Assembly: GCA_020536535.1 (NCBI GenBank)
Contig: JAHLWZ010000110.1
Coordinates: 1 to 47,069 of the forward strand
Length of the DNA: 47,069 nucleotides
Source of the DNA: Pelomyxa schiedti
Lineage: Eukaryota; Protista; Evosea
Direction: 5' to 3'
The notes beneath the pieces are model-generated. The model did no database searches, was not told where the DNA came from, and was given only the letters and a program-made list of their open reading frames with translations. Positions 22,609 to 34,500 of this stretch are shown here, in pieces (the first letter of the stretch is position 1; each line of letters opens with the position of its first letter). The position numbers and the translations under genes were made by a program.

Positions 22609-22992
22609 AAAAGTTTGAAAGCAGCAAAGAGTGCAACAGTTTGCCACCAAGCATTGTTCTGCATCACCTACTTTTCCGAACCTCTCAAGATGTCATACCA
22701 TCACCGCATGTTTTTCACAGAATGACACTACAGCAGTACTTTGATTGGTTGGAGAAGCACAGTGAGGAGGAAATTTGGACGGCAATGCTGAAGCCTTGCC
22801 TGGACTCCTACGCAGTTGCTTTCCCCCCTCCTGCATTGTGATGTTACTCATTTATTTTGCTCCACAAACCAGGAATCTGTGAACCAGAAAGGTGAAAAGG
22901 CATTTGCCGGGGTGTATCCCATCATCATGCAATTAGCTCCGAGGCTCATCGCCCAGTGGAAGGCTCAAAGCCAAGATACCAGATTTCCGTGA
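19444..22992 (+). CDS. COG5: Conserved oligomeric Golgi complex subunit 5 (multi-exon, spans the assembly gap)
   Basis: N-terminal RLSDAIAAIDGTVQQQV...YEQLL...APYTKIK...HDAAELLQR...DLAKAA...LSGITVVDRE. C-terminal PFGSRGRVRLPLDMAQLE...GDVYKQLVALRQL, then after the gap IVLHHLL...PSPH...YFDWLEKH...VYPII, stop TGA 22990-22992. The start at 19444 is inferred from a short first exon. Confidence 0.85.
22472..22571. other. Scaffold gap (100 N) next to poly-C and poly-A runs
   Basis: 100 consecutive N followed by 27 C and then a run of A. It lies inside the COG5 locus, probably within an intron. Confidence 0.97.
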
Positions 22993-23125
22993 TTAGACAC
23001 TAGTCCCCGGACACAGTGTCACTCACAAAACTGCCGAAAAGAAAAAAGTGACAGATTTCTTTGCCCACCTCTAGAGCATTTCTTTTATTTTAAAACAGAC
23101 CCGACACCACAATCTCGCCCAAACA

Positions 23126-25642
23126 ATGCAACCACGCACAAAGCAAAACAACGAAAATACCCCCCGAGATGAACGCCGCGGCACGGCCGCTTCAACAACT
23201 ACAACCACCACCGTATCTTCGTCGCATACAAGATCTGGCTACTACTCAACGACCACGCCATCATCTTCGTCGTCAGGGCGCTCTCTTAGCGCAGCATGCC
23301 AGTCCCAACCGCCATCCTCGGCGGCGCGCAACGTCTCGCCTGCGTGCTCGGCAGCCGCGAGAGCGCCGTCGTACACGATGGTTCATGCGTGGGTGCCGAT
23401 TAAGCGGAGTCGCGCCGAAAAGGTGAACCTGGAGACACAGAGTGCGCCAGAGTGGCAGCAAGGCGATGGCCCAGCTAGGGGCAACGGCTCCGTCAAGGTT
23501 GAGGGCAGCGAATGTGGTGCCCTGTGCCAGCTAAACGTGGATTCGCGCAAGCCTGTGATTGAACTAAAGCGCATGTTGGTGGCCGCAGTTGGTAAAGGGG
23601 ACATTAATTCGTGGGCTCTGGTATCTGACAGGCGGGAAGTGTGAGTTCCTGTATACATCATACCTGTGATTCATTTGAAAAAGTCCTTATTCAATGAAGT
23701 TTGGTGTCTTCTCACTCGTAACAAATTTGTATAGGTTACCAGAAGAGAGCGGAAAGTGGCACAAAGTGAGTGTTAGGTGTGGTGCATGTTGCTTTACATC
23801 ATCAATTTTATCTCTGGCTATTGGTCTGCAGTGCCCATTTAATCGCTTCTTACGAGAAATGGCGCAGTCAAACTATGAGTACCACTTTTCTTCTTATGCT
23901 CCCTGTTCATGTTAATAGGACTAATGTACTAGAGCCCGATCAATGGGATGATTTAAGCATTGTCAACTATCTAGGGATACCTCTCCACATCTCTAAGTGT
24001 CTTTACATCGATCTTTCTCAAACACCCCAACAAGTACTCGAAAAAAGTTTTCTCTCAGTACCGACACTATTCAGAGAAATATGATGGTTAGTGAGGTGTT
24101 TTACCTGCGTAGCCCAAAATACCTTCCCAAGCGGCCTATTATTTTGAAAGATATGTGTCTTGTTGGTGCCAGAGTGGTACTTGACCCAACTATCAGGTAA
24201 ATTGAGGCTTTTTGCTTTCTTTCCTTTGATAGACGTATGTATTTACTTGATTTACAGAGTGTTTGTCAAACGAAAAGGTGTCAAAGAACCCATGTTCTTG
24301 CCCAAGGGAGCGACTTCTTGCACATATTTTTCCATCATCTGCGAAAAAGTTTGTACTATTGACCCATTTATTGATCACTTAATAACACTGCAGTACGGAA
24401 TAATGCCAGGGGCCAGAGGTCGAACAACTTTGATAAAAGTTAAAGGACCAAACAAGGGAAAATGGATACTTACTAGAGTTTCAATGGCGATATTAAATAT
24501 CCCCCCGGGGAGTACTCTAAGTGTTAAGGCGTCAGGTAGATTCTAAGTCAAATTATTACCTTTCATAAGACATAATGTAGAGGAGAATTGTCTTGACTCG
24601 ATTGTAAGCCGTGCTGAATGCAAGTACAGAGGGGAAGAAGGTTGGCACTTGTCTTAGTAGTTGCTCTAACCTTGCTCTAGGATCAATTTCTGAAGATTCT
24701 AACTCGCACTCTGACTCTTGTCCTGACAGGGACGCAGACTCCGACATGGAACTTGTGCTTGGCGAAGAGATGGCTACGAAAGAGAGTGAGAGCGAGATCG
24801 AGAGCGATAGCGGAACCAAGAAAAGTGAAAGTGAGAGTCAGAGCCAGACTGGGAGTGAGAGCCATAGCCATAGCCATAGCCATCGCCATAGCAAGAGTAA
24901 GAGTAAGAGCAAGAGGAACAGAAGCAGAAGCGAAAGCGAAAGCGAAAGCAAAAGCAAAAGCGAAAGCGACAGTGACAGCGAAAGTCAGAGTGAGAGCCAT
25001 AACCATAACCATAGCCATCGCCATAGCAAGAGCAAGAGCAAGAGCAAGAGGAGCATAAGCGAAAGCGAAAGCAAAAGGAAAAGTGACAGTGACAGTGAAA
25101 GCCAGAGTGAGAGCCATAACCATCGCCATAGCAAGAGCAAGAGGAGCAGAAGCGAAAGCGAAAGCGAAAGCGATAGCGATAGCGATAGCGAAAGCCAGAG
25201 TGAAAGCCGTAGCAAGAGCCATAGCAAGAGCAAGAGGAGCAGAAGCGAAAGCGAAAGCGATAGCGAAAGCCAGAGTGAGAGCCGTAGCGAGAGCCATAGC
25301 AAGAGCAGAAGCGAAAGCGAAAGCCAGAGTGAGAGCCATAGCAAGAGCACGAGTCTCGAAAGAAAAAACGCCAGAGATAGCGATATCAAGAGCAATGGCA
25401 CAAGTGAAAGCGAAAGTGAGAGCATAAGAGAGAGTGAAAGCAAAAGCAAAAGTGAGAGCGAAAGCCGAAGTGAAGGGTCATCATCTGAGAGAAACGATAT
25501 GATCAGCAGTGAACCCAACACCGAACATGAAAGTACTTCCACAGAACACCTGTCAGAAGAGGAGACATCACCACACCCTGTCAATGACTCAACAGCCTCC
25601 CCCACAGGAAACGAGGCCACACAAGGAAACAGTAAATTCTGA
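23126..25642 (+). CDS. Multi-exon hypothetical protein with Ser/Thr-rich N-terminus, possible ubiquitin-like fold and Ser/Glu/His/Lys-rich C-terminus
   Basis: ATG at 23126 after an A-rich leader. LNVDSRKPVIELKRML resembles a beta-grasp motif. Several GT-AG introns (for example 23640, about 24033, 24197, 24535) link exons into the terminal 24611-25642 frame. Confidence 0.6.
24780..25470 (+). repeat. Coding low-complexity hexamer repeats (AGCGAA/AGCAAG/AGCCAT), giving Ser-X dipeptides
   Basis: Reads SESESQSESHSHSKSKRSR reiterated several times, with Ser almost always encoded by AGY. Confidence 0.9.
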
Positions 25643-25662
25643 ACAAAAAATTGTAAGGCTAG

Positions 25663-25857
25663 TGATAAGACTCTCGTTCCCATTTGAGTTGTGTGATAGT
25701 GTCTATCAGGAAGAATTATTTTTGTTATTATTCCTATTTTGGTACTACGGGGATCCAAGGAAAGGCCATTAGAATGAACGCTCCGGCCGTTCCTGTGAAT
25801 GGCCGGCTCTGTCCCGAACTAAGTTTCCCGATGATTCTTGGAACTTGCTCTCTGACA
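25663..25857 (-). mobile_element. Solo LTR (195 bp) of the same Gypsy family, with 4-bp TSD CTAG
   Basis: The reverse complement aligns end to end with 566-780 and is bounded by TG...CA. CTAG lies at 25659-25662 and at 25858-25861. No internal retroelement sequence is present. Confidence 0.9.
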
Positions 25858-25879
25858 CTAGCTGTCTAAAACTTGGCTT

Positions 25880-27736
25880 TTTTTTCCTCAAGGTTGGTGT
25901 GTGATGGGAGGAGAGTACATTGTGATGTGTGTGAGAAGGTTGCGACACAGCGGAAGGGCTGCATATTGGGGAATACGGTTCGAAAGGAGAACGTAGACCT
26001 GAACATCTGTATCTGAACTCTGTACAGCACATAAGGAAAATCCCTGGTTTGTAATTAGTTTGCGTGATACAGTTTGATTCTAACTGTGAAAAAAAAAACA
26101 AAAAAAATACTTGAGTGATCATATAGGCGCTGGTTATAATCCCTTGAGAAATGAGGTAGCAGTTTTCCCTATAGAATTGCAACAGGACTGTCCTCCTTCT
26201 CTCCAATGTGGAGTTCTCGGTATCCTGAGATTATCAAACAAATAAGTGATTGTAAATGTGATACCTTCGGCGAAAGAGTCAGTGACAAAGTGGTGCTCAG
26301 AGTTGAGGACAAAGAAATTGTTGGTACGGGTTTGAGGGTATCGTGTTTCACAGTCCTAGGGCATATTGACAAACCAACTCGCCTTTGTTTCCGAAAAGAA
26401 ACAAGAAACCTAGAATATGTTGTAAAATGGTAGAAGAAACTTAACACATACGCGGAAACATATGGATCCAATACAAAATCAGCACACACGTCACATGGAA
26501 TTGCACTGACACATTCCAGAAGTGAAGAATATGCGACTGGTGCAAGTGCGGTTGAGTTGAGGGATGTTGTCAGAAGGTCACTTGTAATTTCAGACAGAGA
26601 TGGAGTTAGACCACAAACCATGCAAAGCTCGATGGACGGTGAAAGCAAGAACGTTAGCAGCCTATAGGGTGTCTTTGATTGGTGTGGGTGATTGGTACAG
26701 CTTGAATTTACCAGCTTGCAATGCTCGGCTGTGACGGAGAAATTTACTTACTTTGCCTTTGGTTTCTGGAGTTCCAAAATAAGGTAGAAACAGAGGAATT
26801 TCACGGGCTTTGGAAGGAGGGAGGCACGCCAACATAATGGATATAAGATTAACTTCCTTGTAGTTCAACTTGGCTCTCCTGGAGGAGTAAGCCGGGGAAA
26901 AGATAGACATGCAAACCAGGGAGAATTCGTTGCAACAAGCTGGAAATTAAAAAATAAACCCATCAGGGGAGGTGAACCCGCAATACTCGAAGCCAGACTC
27001 TCCAAAAAGGAGTTGAAGACACTTGCAATGTGTTGAGGAGCCACAAGCATGCCCTTTTTCCCAGTGCTAGCTTTCACATCAGGACAAATACGCAGCCAAC
27101 AGGCCAGCGGTTCTTCAATGGCATCTGCTGTAACGCATAGTGGGAGTCTGGAGCTGCGCCAACATGTGCACGAAGTGGTACCACAGCTAGAGCAACCAAG
27201 AACCCAATCCAGAATAGGGAATGCGGCCTTATATACAAAAATTGGTATTGAACGAATTGTGAAAGGTGTGGAGTACTCTAATTAGAGACTCAATGTCATA
27301 GGCTGTAAGGATTGTAACCAATCCCAAAGTGATAACCAACGCATCCCAGATAACATCCAACAGATTGTTAGCTTCCTCCCCAGGAACCTGTTTATGTTTG
27401 CCAACCAATCAAACAAAGAAATCAAAGAAAAGATACCTACCTCGGAGGGAGCTATCAGTACCAGCAAAAAATTATCCGCATAGAGTTTGAATGTAGTTCT
27501 ACAGTCTGAGCACACAATTCCTTCCAGCGTTGCCAAGGACTCCGTCCTGTTAAAAATCCCATTATTCGAGAATAATAATAATAAAAACCACAAGCAAAGG
27601 CAAAAAGCAGGCCGTACTGACAATGAGTGGCAAACAACACAGAACAGACAGGTTCCGGTGGGACCGGATAATTCCCATAAGCGCGGCACAACACCCGCGC
27701 CCCGCTCTTGGTGAACCCGCAGACCAGGCACCGCAT
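25880..27736 (-). CDS. Cys-rich multi-exon hypothetical protein with an N-terminal zinc-finger-like region (3' end uncertain)
   Basis: ATG at 27736 gives MRCLVC...LCRAY...VCSVLFATHC, spliced to ...IVCSDC, and later GCSSCGTTSCTC, CMVC and CDVC. GT-AG introns are present. The stop codon was not resolved. Confidence 0.55.
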
Positions 27737-27909
27737 CCAATTTTTTTTTCCTCTGTTAATGATCACCTCCTGGGACTTGTGGGCCAAAGGCGAAGGCATC
27801 CCTATTGTGATACTCCAAAGGGCACAACCGGGTAAACATGTCACGTTTGGAAGTGCCGACTTCCTGAAGGATCTGTCTGAAGAGAAATCAAACAAACGAA
27901 AAAAAAAAA

Positions 27910-30900
27910 ATGAGCGTAGAAGGGAAAGGGAGTGTGACGGGTAAGGAAGATGCGACACAGATGCAACCCCACGCAGATCCAAAAGAAATCTCGGTTGTGG
28001 CTCCTAGTGATGCTGCAGTCAGCACTGCCGTGAAAAAGGAAGTACAGCCAGAACATACCCTGATCGCGGTAGAAACAGCAAAGGAGGTGCCAGTGAAATT
28101 GGAATCTGTCAAGGCGGAGACTCCCCCTGCCGAGATTAAAACTGAGCCTGAAGCAAACGCTCCGGCAGAAGTAAAGCCTGAAGTCGCACCGCAGGTCGAA
28201 AAACAACCAGAGGAATGTCAGCTCAAGCAAGAAACTGCAGAAAATTCCGTGCTTACAAACGATGAAGCTGCTGCTTTCTTTTCAGTTTCATTCCTTTCTC
28301 TTCCTTTTTCTTTTTAATCTGTACACCAGAAGTATTTCTCGGAGTCACAAGGGCAGGACACTGAATACCTTCAACAACCTTCCTTTATGCAACCTGGGGA
28401 TGCTTCATCCTCGGCAGTACCTATTCCCTTTGGGTATCCCTTTTCTCCCTTTTCTCCAGTGGGTTATACTCCAGGAATGCCAGCTATGACCCCATATCCA
28501 CCAATGTCAATGCGACCAATGCCCGGCTCAACTCCCCCTACTCCTCAACCTAGTAGATCACTTTGGGTTGGTAGTTTGCATCCAGAAACGACAGACGACG
28601 AACTACGTTCAACTTTTTCTTCTTTTGGTCTCATTGACAGTGTAAAAGTATTGTACTCCTGGTGCAGAATAAAAACTTACATTTTATAGTTATTACCTCA
28701 GAAAAATTGTTGCTTCATAAAGTTCGAAGACATTCCCTCTTGTATTCGTGCCTACCATGCTATGCAAGGACACTCTATTCATGGTCAGCCGGTCAAACTT
28801 GGCTGGGGAAAGGTAACCCTTCTTTTCTTACAAACTTGACCCCGTAATCTTTTTATAGGCAGACCCCAGTGATGACAAAGTACCACCTCCTCCATGCAAA
28901 AATTTGTGGGTGGGAAATGTTCATCCTGATGCCACAGAAGAAGAATTGCAACAAATTTTCCACCCTTTTGGACAAATAGAGAGGATCCGTGTTCTACCAA
29001 CAAAAAACTGTGCTTTTGTTAACTTCGCATCAGTTGAGATGGCAATAGTGGCAAAAAGTAAGATGCAAGGCAAGATGTGCCATGGGTTACCACTCAAGAT
29101 TAATTTCGGAAAGGTATAGATTTGTTCAAATAGAGTATGCTAAATTTTGTGTAGGACCTAACCACTTCTCAATATTCAACTATGCCATCGAAATTTCTCA
29201 AGGCTGAGGAGCTTCCACCTCCAAGGGTTCCCCCGCCTCAGGGTGGGTTCTTTCTTTTCCCTCGTTAACACTAAGACAATTTAGATAAAGATGTAAGGAA
29301 TGTGTTAGAAAAGATGGCCGAGTTCGTTGTTCGCGATGGGATTTCTTTTGAAGAAATGATTATTACTAAAGAGAAAGATAATCCAAAAATGAGCTTTCTT
29401 TCTCCAACAGACCCAAATCACGCCTATTACCGGTGGCGTGTCTTTGAACTAACTGGTGTGGCTCTTCCCAATTTCTCAAAATGCATAATTCCAATCCCTC
29501 TTGCAGAAAAACCCAATGACTTGCAGAGTGGTACCACCCTAACCCTTCCAGGCACTGGCGTTAACACAACAGCTACTTCAAAGTTAACCTCTAGTGATAC
29601 TCCTGCTGTTGTCCATGCACCTCCAGCGATCCAGACTGTGGTATCAACTCCCCACAACTACAAACCCAAAAAAGTCACTGTACAAAGCAAGTACCGCTTT
29701 CAGATGAAGATACAACAGAACTTAAATCCCGCTTAGCAAGTTTGGGTCCCACAAAAGCCTCCATTAAGGTACACTCTGTTGGCTTCGTTTCCATATCTCT
29801 AATTATGTTAAGAATACCAAACACTGGATCATCGACCGACCAAAAAATATTGTTGCAATAGCAAATATTCTCAAAAGCTCAATTGACTCTTCTACAGCCG
29901 TTTTCGATCACAGACTAAATGTTATTTATGTTATAAATGACATTCTTCAGCATGGGTATGGGATTGTATCTCTTTACTCCACTCTGACTATTTCTGTTGA
30001 AGACTTCAAAAGAGGAATGAAAAAGATCTAGACGATTTTAGTGCTGCATTTCACCCTTCACTTGCGCGTATATTCCGTGTATCGTTCAAAGGTGAATCCC
30101 AATCAAACCAGGAAAAGATCCTCAGGGTGCTTCAGATATGGAGTGACAAGGGTATCTATGAAAAAGCATTTGTGGATAGTCTGAGAAGTGGCGCTATTGC
30201 TGCTGATCGGGTGAGATCTCTAAATACTCATGTCATTACGTCACTAATATTCTTTAAGTTGTTACATAAACTTTCACCTTCTTCTCTGCATCTCCAACCG
30301 GGAGAACCATCACCAAAACGCTCCAAAGCACAATTGATGTCAAAGTTTGAAAATTTTATGAGTGAGCTATCAAATCCAAGTAGCATGGAAGTTGACACCC
30401 CAAGTAACCAAAGCCATTCCCATCAACTAACACACCCGCAACAAACCTCTGACGATCAAGAGCCACACACGGGAGAAGGGGGGTTTGGCTTCCGAGGAAG
30501 AGGCAATTTCCGCGGGAGAGGAAGAGGATACAGAGGCAGAGGCATGTTTCCGTCATGGGGCCCCTCATCTGAACCAAGCAGAAATGGTCTGGATGGCCAT
30601 CACTCTCATCACCGCAGTGCTTATCCAACCAGAGAGGACGATCATGATCATGAACGCAGGAGGGAGCATTCTCGTGATGACTACGAGCATGGAACTGACC
30701 ACCGGTCACATTCCAGGTTCACAGTGAATGAGTGTTTTGATATCTCTATTTTTTCCATATTTAACAGTTTCAGGGACCAATCACCGTCACATCATCGTAG
30801 CCACCGGGATACAACCACTTCTGATTCTTTCAGAGATTCCGTGGACAGAGACGATTACAGAAACAAAAGCGAGCACAAGGACAGAGATAGAGACAAAAAC

Positions 30901-31494
30901 AGAGAAAAAGGCCAAATCAGAGAGGACCGTGAAAAGGAGCGAGCCAGTGAACGGGCAAGGGATACAGAGAGAATCGAGAAACACCTTGAAAAGGAAGCAC
31001 AAAGAACCAGAACTGTGGATAGCGAGGAGAGAAGCAAAGTAGTTCTCAAAGCTCAAAGGAGTCTAGATATCCCCAAAGACGAGCCATCTACCACACCCAA
31101 AAAAGAACCCATAGGAACCAAGTCCCACAAGGACCCAACGGAAAAGGAACCACCAAACGTTCCTGCAAAGGCTCCACACCAGCACTCCCCGGACACTGAC
31201 AAAAACCACAGTGACAGTGTACCGGCAGTTCCAACAGCAGAGAAGGAACCCCCCAAAGAAGTTCCACAGCCTGCAGAACCTGACCAACAGCAACCAAAGC
31301 CTAGGGAGCACAAACACCACCATCACCACAAGAAGAACAAAGAGGCCCCACAACCTGGAGACACTGACACACCACAGCCTAAACACAAGGAGCACAAACA
31401 CCACCATCACCACAAGAAGAGCAAAGAAGCTCCAGCCGAAGAAAACGCTCCACAACAAACCACTACAACCACAACACCTAACACTAAAAACTAA
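27910..31494 (+). CDS. RRM-RRM-SURP-CID RNA-processing protein (U2SURP/SR140- or CHERP-like)
   Basis: RRM1 SRSLWVGSLHPETTDDELR; RRM2 NLWVGNVHPD...CAFVNF...LKINFGK; SURP LEKMAEFVVRDGISFEEMI...HAYYRWRV; CID RLNVIYVINDILQH...VLQIWSDKGIY; RGG and RD/RE-rich low-complexity tail. Confidence 0.82.
31305..31420 (+). repeat. 32-bp coding direct repeat (EHKHHHHHKK twice)
   Basis: GGAGCACAAACACCACCATCACCACAAGAAGA occurs at 31305-31336 and 31389-31420. Confidence 0.9.
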
Positions 31495-31578
31495 AGGTAA
31501 AGGGAAAAAACTAATTTTCTGCCGTTGGTTATTTTACTGTTACTTTTTTTACTTATTGAAAACATACAAAGCCGTGTG

Positions 31579-34500
31579 TTAGTGTTTGCTGGGCTTCTTG
31601 ATAAGAAGTGCAACCTCCTCAAGTTTCACAACTTCACACACAGACTAAAAGAGAGGCCACTTTGTTAGAAGGATGCAAACAAGGAAAGAAATTACCTTGG
31701 CAATTCCCTTGGCACATTTGATGAGGTTGGACTTGGCTGTTGGGTCGTCATTGACACTGGCTGCTTTGACTGCACACAAGATTTTCAGTTGCACCGAGAA
31801 GTTCTGTGCAGCACTGCACCAGCTTAGTATCTGTTCTTGTGTGCGGGGGTCTTGGCTGCAAGGGAAGTAAGGCAAATGGGGATGGTGAAGCGAGAAAGAT
31901 TTTTTACCAGCTGGCTGCACGTTGTTTGGCCTGCTCAATGAAGGTCTTAACCAATTCACCGATTTTCTTGCTGGCATCCAGTATTCCCTGTCTATCCTTG
32001 CTCTTGGCAGACAGTGCCAGCAAGGCAATAAACTCGGCAAGGGTGGAAGCAGTGCCCATTACAGCTGTCTGGAACCGGTTGATTTCTTTCTTATGGAACC
32101 AGATTACGTTACCTTGGGGGTATTTGCTGAAGACTGTGAGACCTGTAGCTCGATAGAATTTGCCGCTTGCATAATCTCATCCTGGGCCATTGCAGGTGTC
32201 TAAGGTGCTCAGTTCTCAGGAAGAGGGAAAAAAGTGGAAAAACCATGAGAGATTTCTTTTTGCGCTCCTCCTCTTCCTCTAATCTTCTTCTTTCTTCTTC
32301 CGCTCGCTGGGCCATACTATCTAGCTCTGAGACTATGGAGTTGGCAGCACTCTTAATTTTGTTAATACACGTGTCACATTGAGTCCTATCCGCACTAGAA
32401 GGTGTGTGCATGTATTCTACTATAGCCTTGGGGATAATTAATAACCTGTTGTATGGAGGGAAAAGGGAAAACCTGGGTAAGTTGAGGAATGCCTCTTTCC
32501 AGTGTGGCTGCATGCATAGTTACGTTCGTCTGCGCTGTAGTATCTGGAAGAGAAGCGTTTTTCACTACCGCCGAGTGTAGTAAGGCTTGGGAAATTGTCT
32601 CCTCCAACGAGTTCAAGCATGTTTCCGCCGCCTGGTGGTCGATAGGGTGATTCGTTGTTGTTGCTACTTCGGCAAGAGCACTAGAGAGCTTAGACACGGC
32701 AGTACCAAGTTGCTCGCCAGTTGTACGGATGATGTCTTCTGTTGTGCCAGACATCCCAGCCATTAATTTGCTTGCTATATCGGCTGCAGCCCCCGCAACT
32801 TCGGAAGGATTGTGTTCTGAAAATAGAGGTCAAAAGGGGGAAGAACGAATGTAAAAATACCGGAGGGCTCCTGGGTTTGCTTCTTTAATTTTGACAGTGC
32901 AGGCAGCAGATCTACAACAGGCTGTGGGGGGGCAGGCATTTTGGCGGTCTGTTGCTCAACTACGGCTACTATGGCTTGCAATTTCTTGTGGTTTAATGCA
33001 AGGTCCTTTGGTGTGCCAGTGGTATTTGCTTCCTTCAACTTCGAAGACTGTAAAAAAACGCATTCAGTTCAGTGAACTCTCAAAAAGTAGAGAGGAGAGA
33101 TACGGCATCAATCATCATCGGGAGAAGTTTTTTAAGGGAATCTTGAGGAGCAAAACATTCCAGAAGTTGCTCATTGGAGGTTTCTAGGGCCTTTGCCATG
33201 GCTGGGGGGAGGGTTGTGCCAGATACAAGACAGGTTTGCAGGGGCTCAACCATCTTAGGAGATTTCAAAAAAAAACTAGGGGAATATGTGAATACCTGGC
33301 TCACATCGAGTGCAATCTGTGCGGAAATAGGTGCAAAAGTAAGGGCATCTGTTTTGGCCATTTGATTTACACAGTCAATGTACTGAGGTCCGAGTGCCTG
33401 GTGAAACATTGGTGATTTTTTGGAGACGAACGGGGAGAAGTACATACAAGGAGAGTTTGAGTGGCATCCCGCTTTGTTGTGAGAGAGGGATGTGATAAAT
33501 CTGCAACGGCCTGTTGCACAACACAAGCACATTGCAAAACTTGGGTACCCGTGGCATTAGAAGGATGTTGGAGTTTGGCGCACATTTTATTCAGATCATC
33601 CATAATTGCAGAATTCTTAACAGGTGGAAGTTAAATACTGAAAAGCGGCCACAAAGAGAAGTACCAGTTTCTTGACTGCAGGAACCTTACTATCATCAAC
33701 AGAAGGAGCCGACATCATTCCAGAGAACTCTTGTACGTGTCCTGCAAGCTTAGCTGTCAAGCTCTTCATTTCTTCAGCTTGTACTGGACTGGCAAAGGTC
33801 ACGGCTCGAGCACCCAAGTCCTCAGCATGTGCAAAAGCAATTTTCAGTGCCTACTAGAGATCAGTCGTGGTAATGGTGAGGTTTGTCAACCTCGGCGTGA
33901 TTCCTTGCTTGCATTACTTGTTTATGTTGCAGGGCACTAACAAGTTTGTCCATTTGGCTTTTTATTTGACCAACAATAACCAACGGTGTATCTGACAATT
34001 TAATTGTATCAGTTAACATAGGCTTCATTTCTCTGGAAGGTCGTGAGGTTAAAAGAGGGAAAAAAAAGTAAGAACCTAATAATGGCTTGAACTTGTACAG
34101 TGGAAACGGGTGTTATTTTTGCAGAATCAACCATCTTCTTGAATTCTCCAGAAATCTGATGAATGTTACAACTCATTGTAACCAGAAAGCAACCTTTTGC
34201 AAATCTTTGGTTGTTTTTTTCAGGGCCAGGGTTTTGAGAACAGGGGTCGCAGGGCTCTCCACAAGAGAGTGTTCAATTGTAGTTACAGCCGATTGTAGCA
34301 TTTCGAGTTGTTCTTGCTGGTAGACGCCTGCACTACTAGAATATTAAAAAGGGTCCAGGTTTTTTGTGTGCAATACGTAGGAGGTGAACTCAATGCGGTC
34401 GAGAGTGTTGTTAAAGAATCCATGAACGAAGTTAGAGAGGGTTTAGAGCTGCAGCAATCTGTAAGTGAAGAAATGGTAGCAAGGGCCTGGAGTGAAATGA

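Noticed and set aside
22572-22612. Poly-C and poly-A run as a functional element
   Set aside because: It abuts the scaffold gap, so its length and context are unreliable, and it is the likely cause of the assembly break.
25652-25662. Alternative solo-LTR boundary at TGTAAG (25652)
   Set aside because: Similarity to the first LTR stops at 25663, and only the 25663 boundary gives a target-site duplication.
24683-25758. Long antisense and alternative-frame ORFs (218, 257, 101 and 114 aa; Ala/Leu-rich)
   Set aside because: They are by-products of stop-free hexamer repeats in the Ser-rich exon; one starts inside the solo LTR and none has independent domain content.
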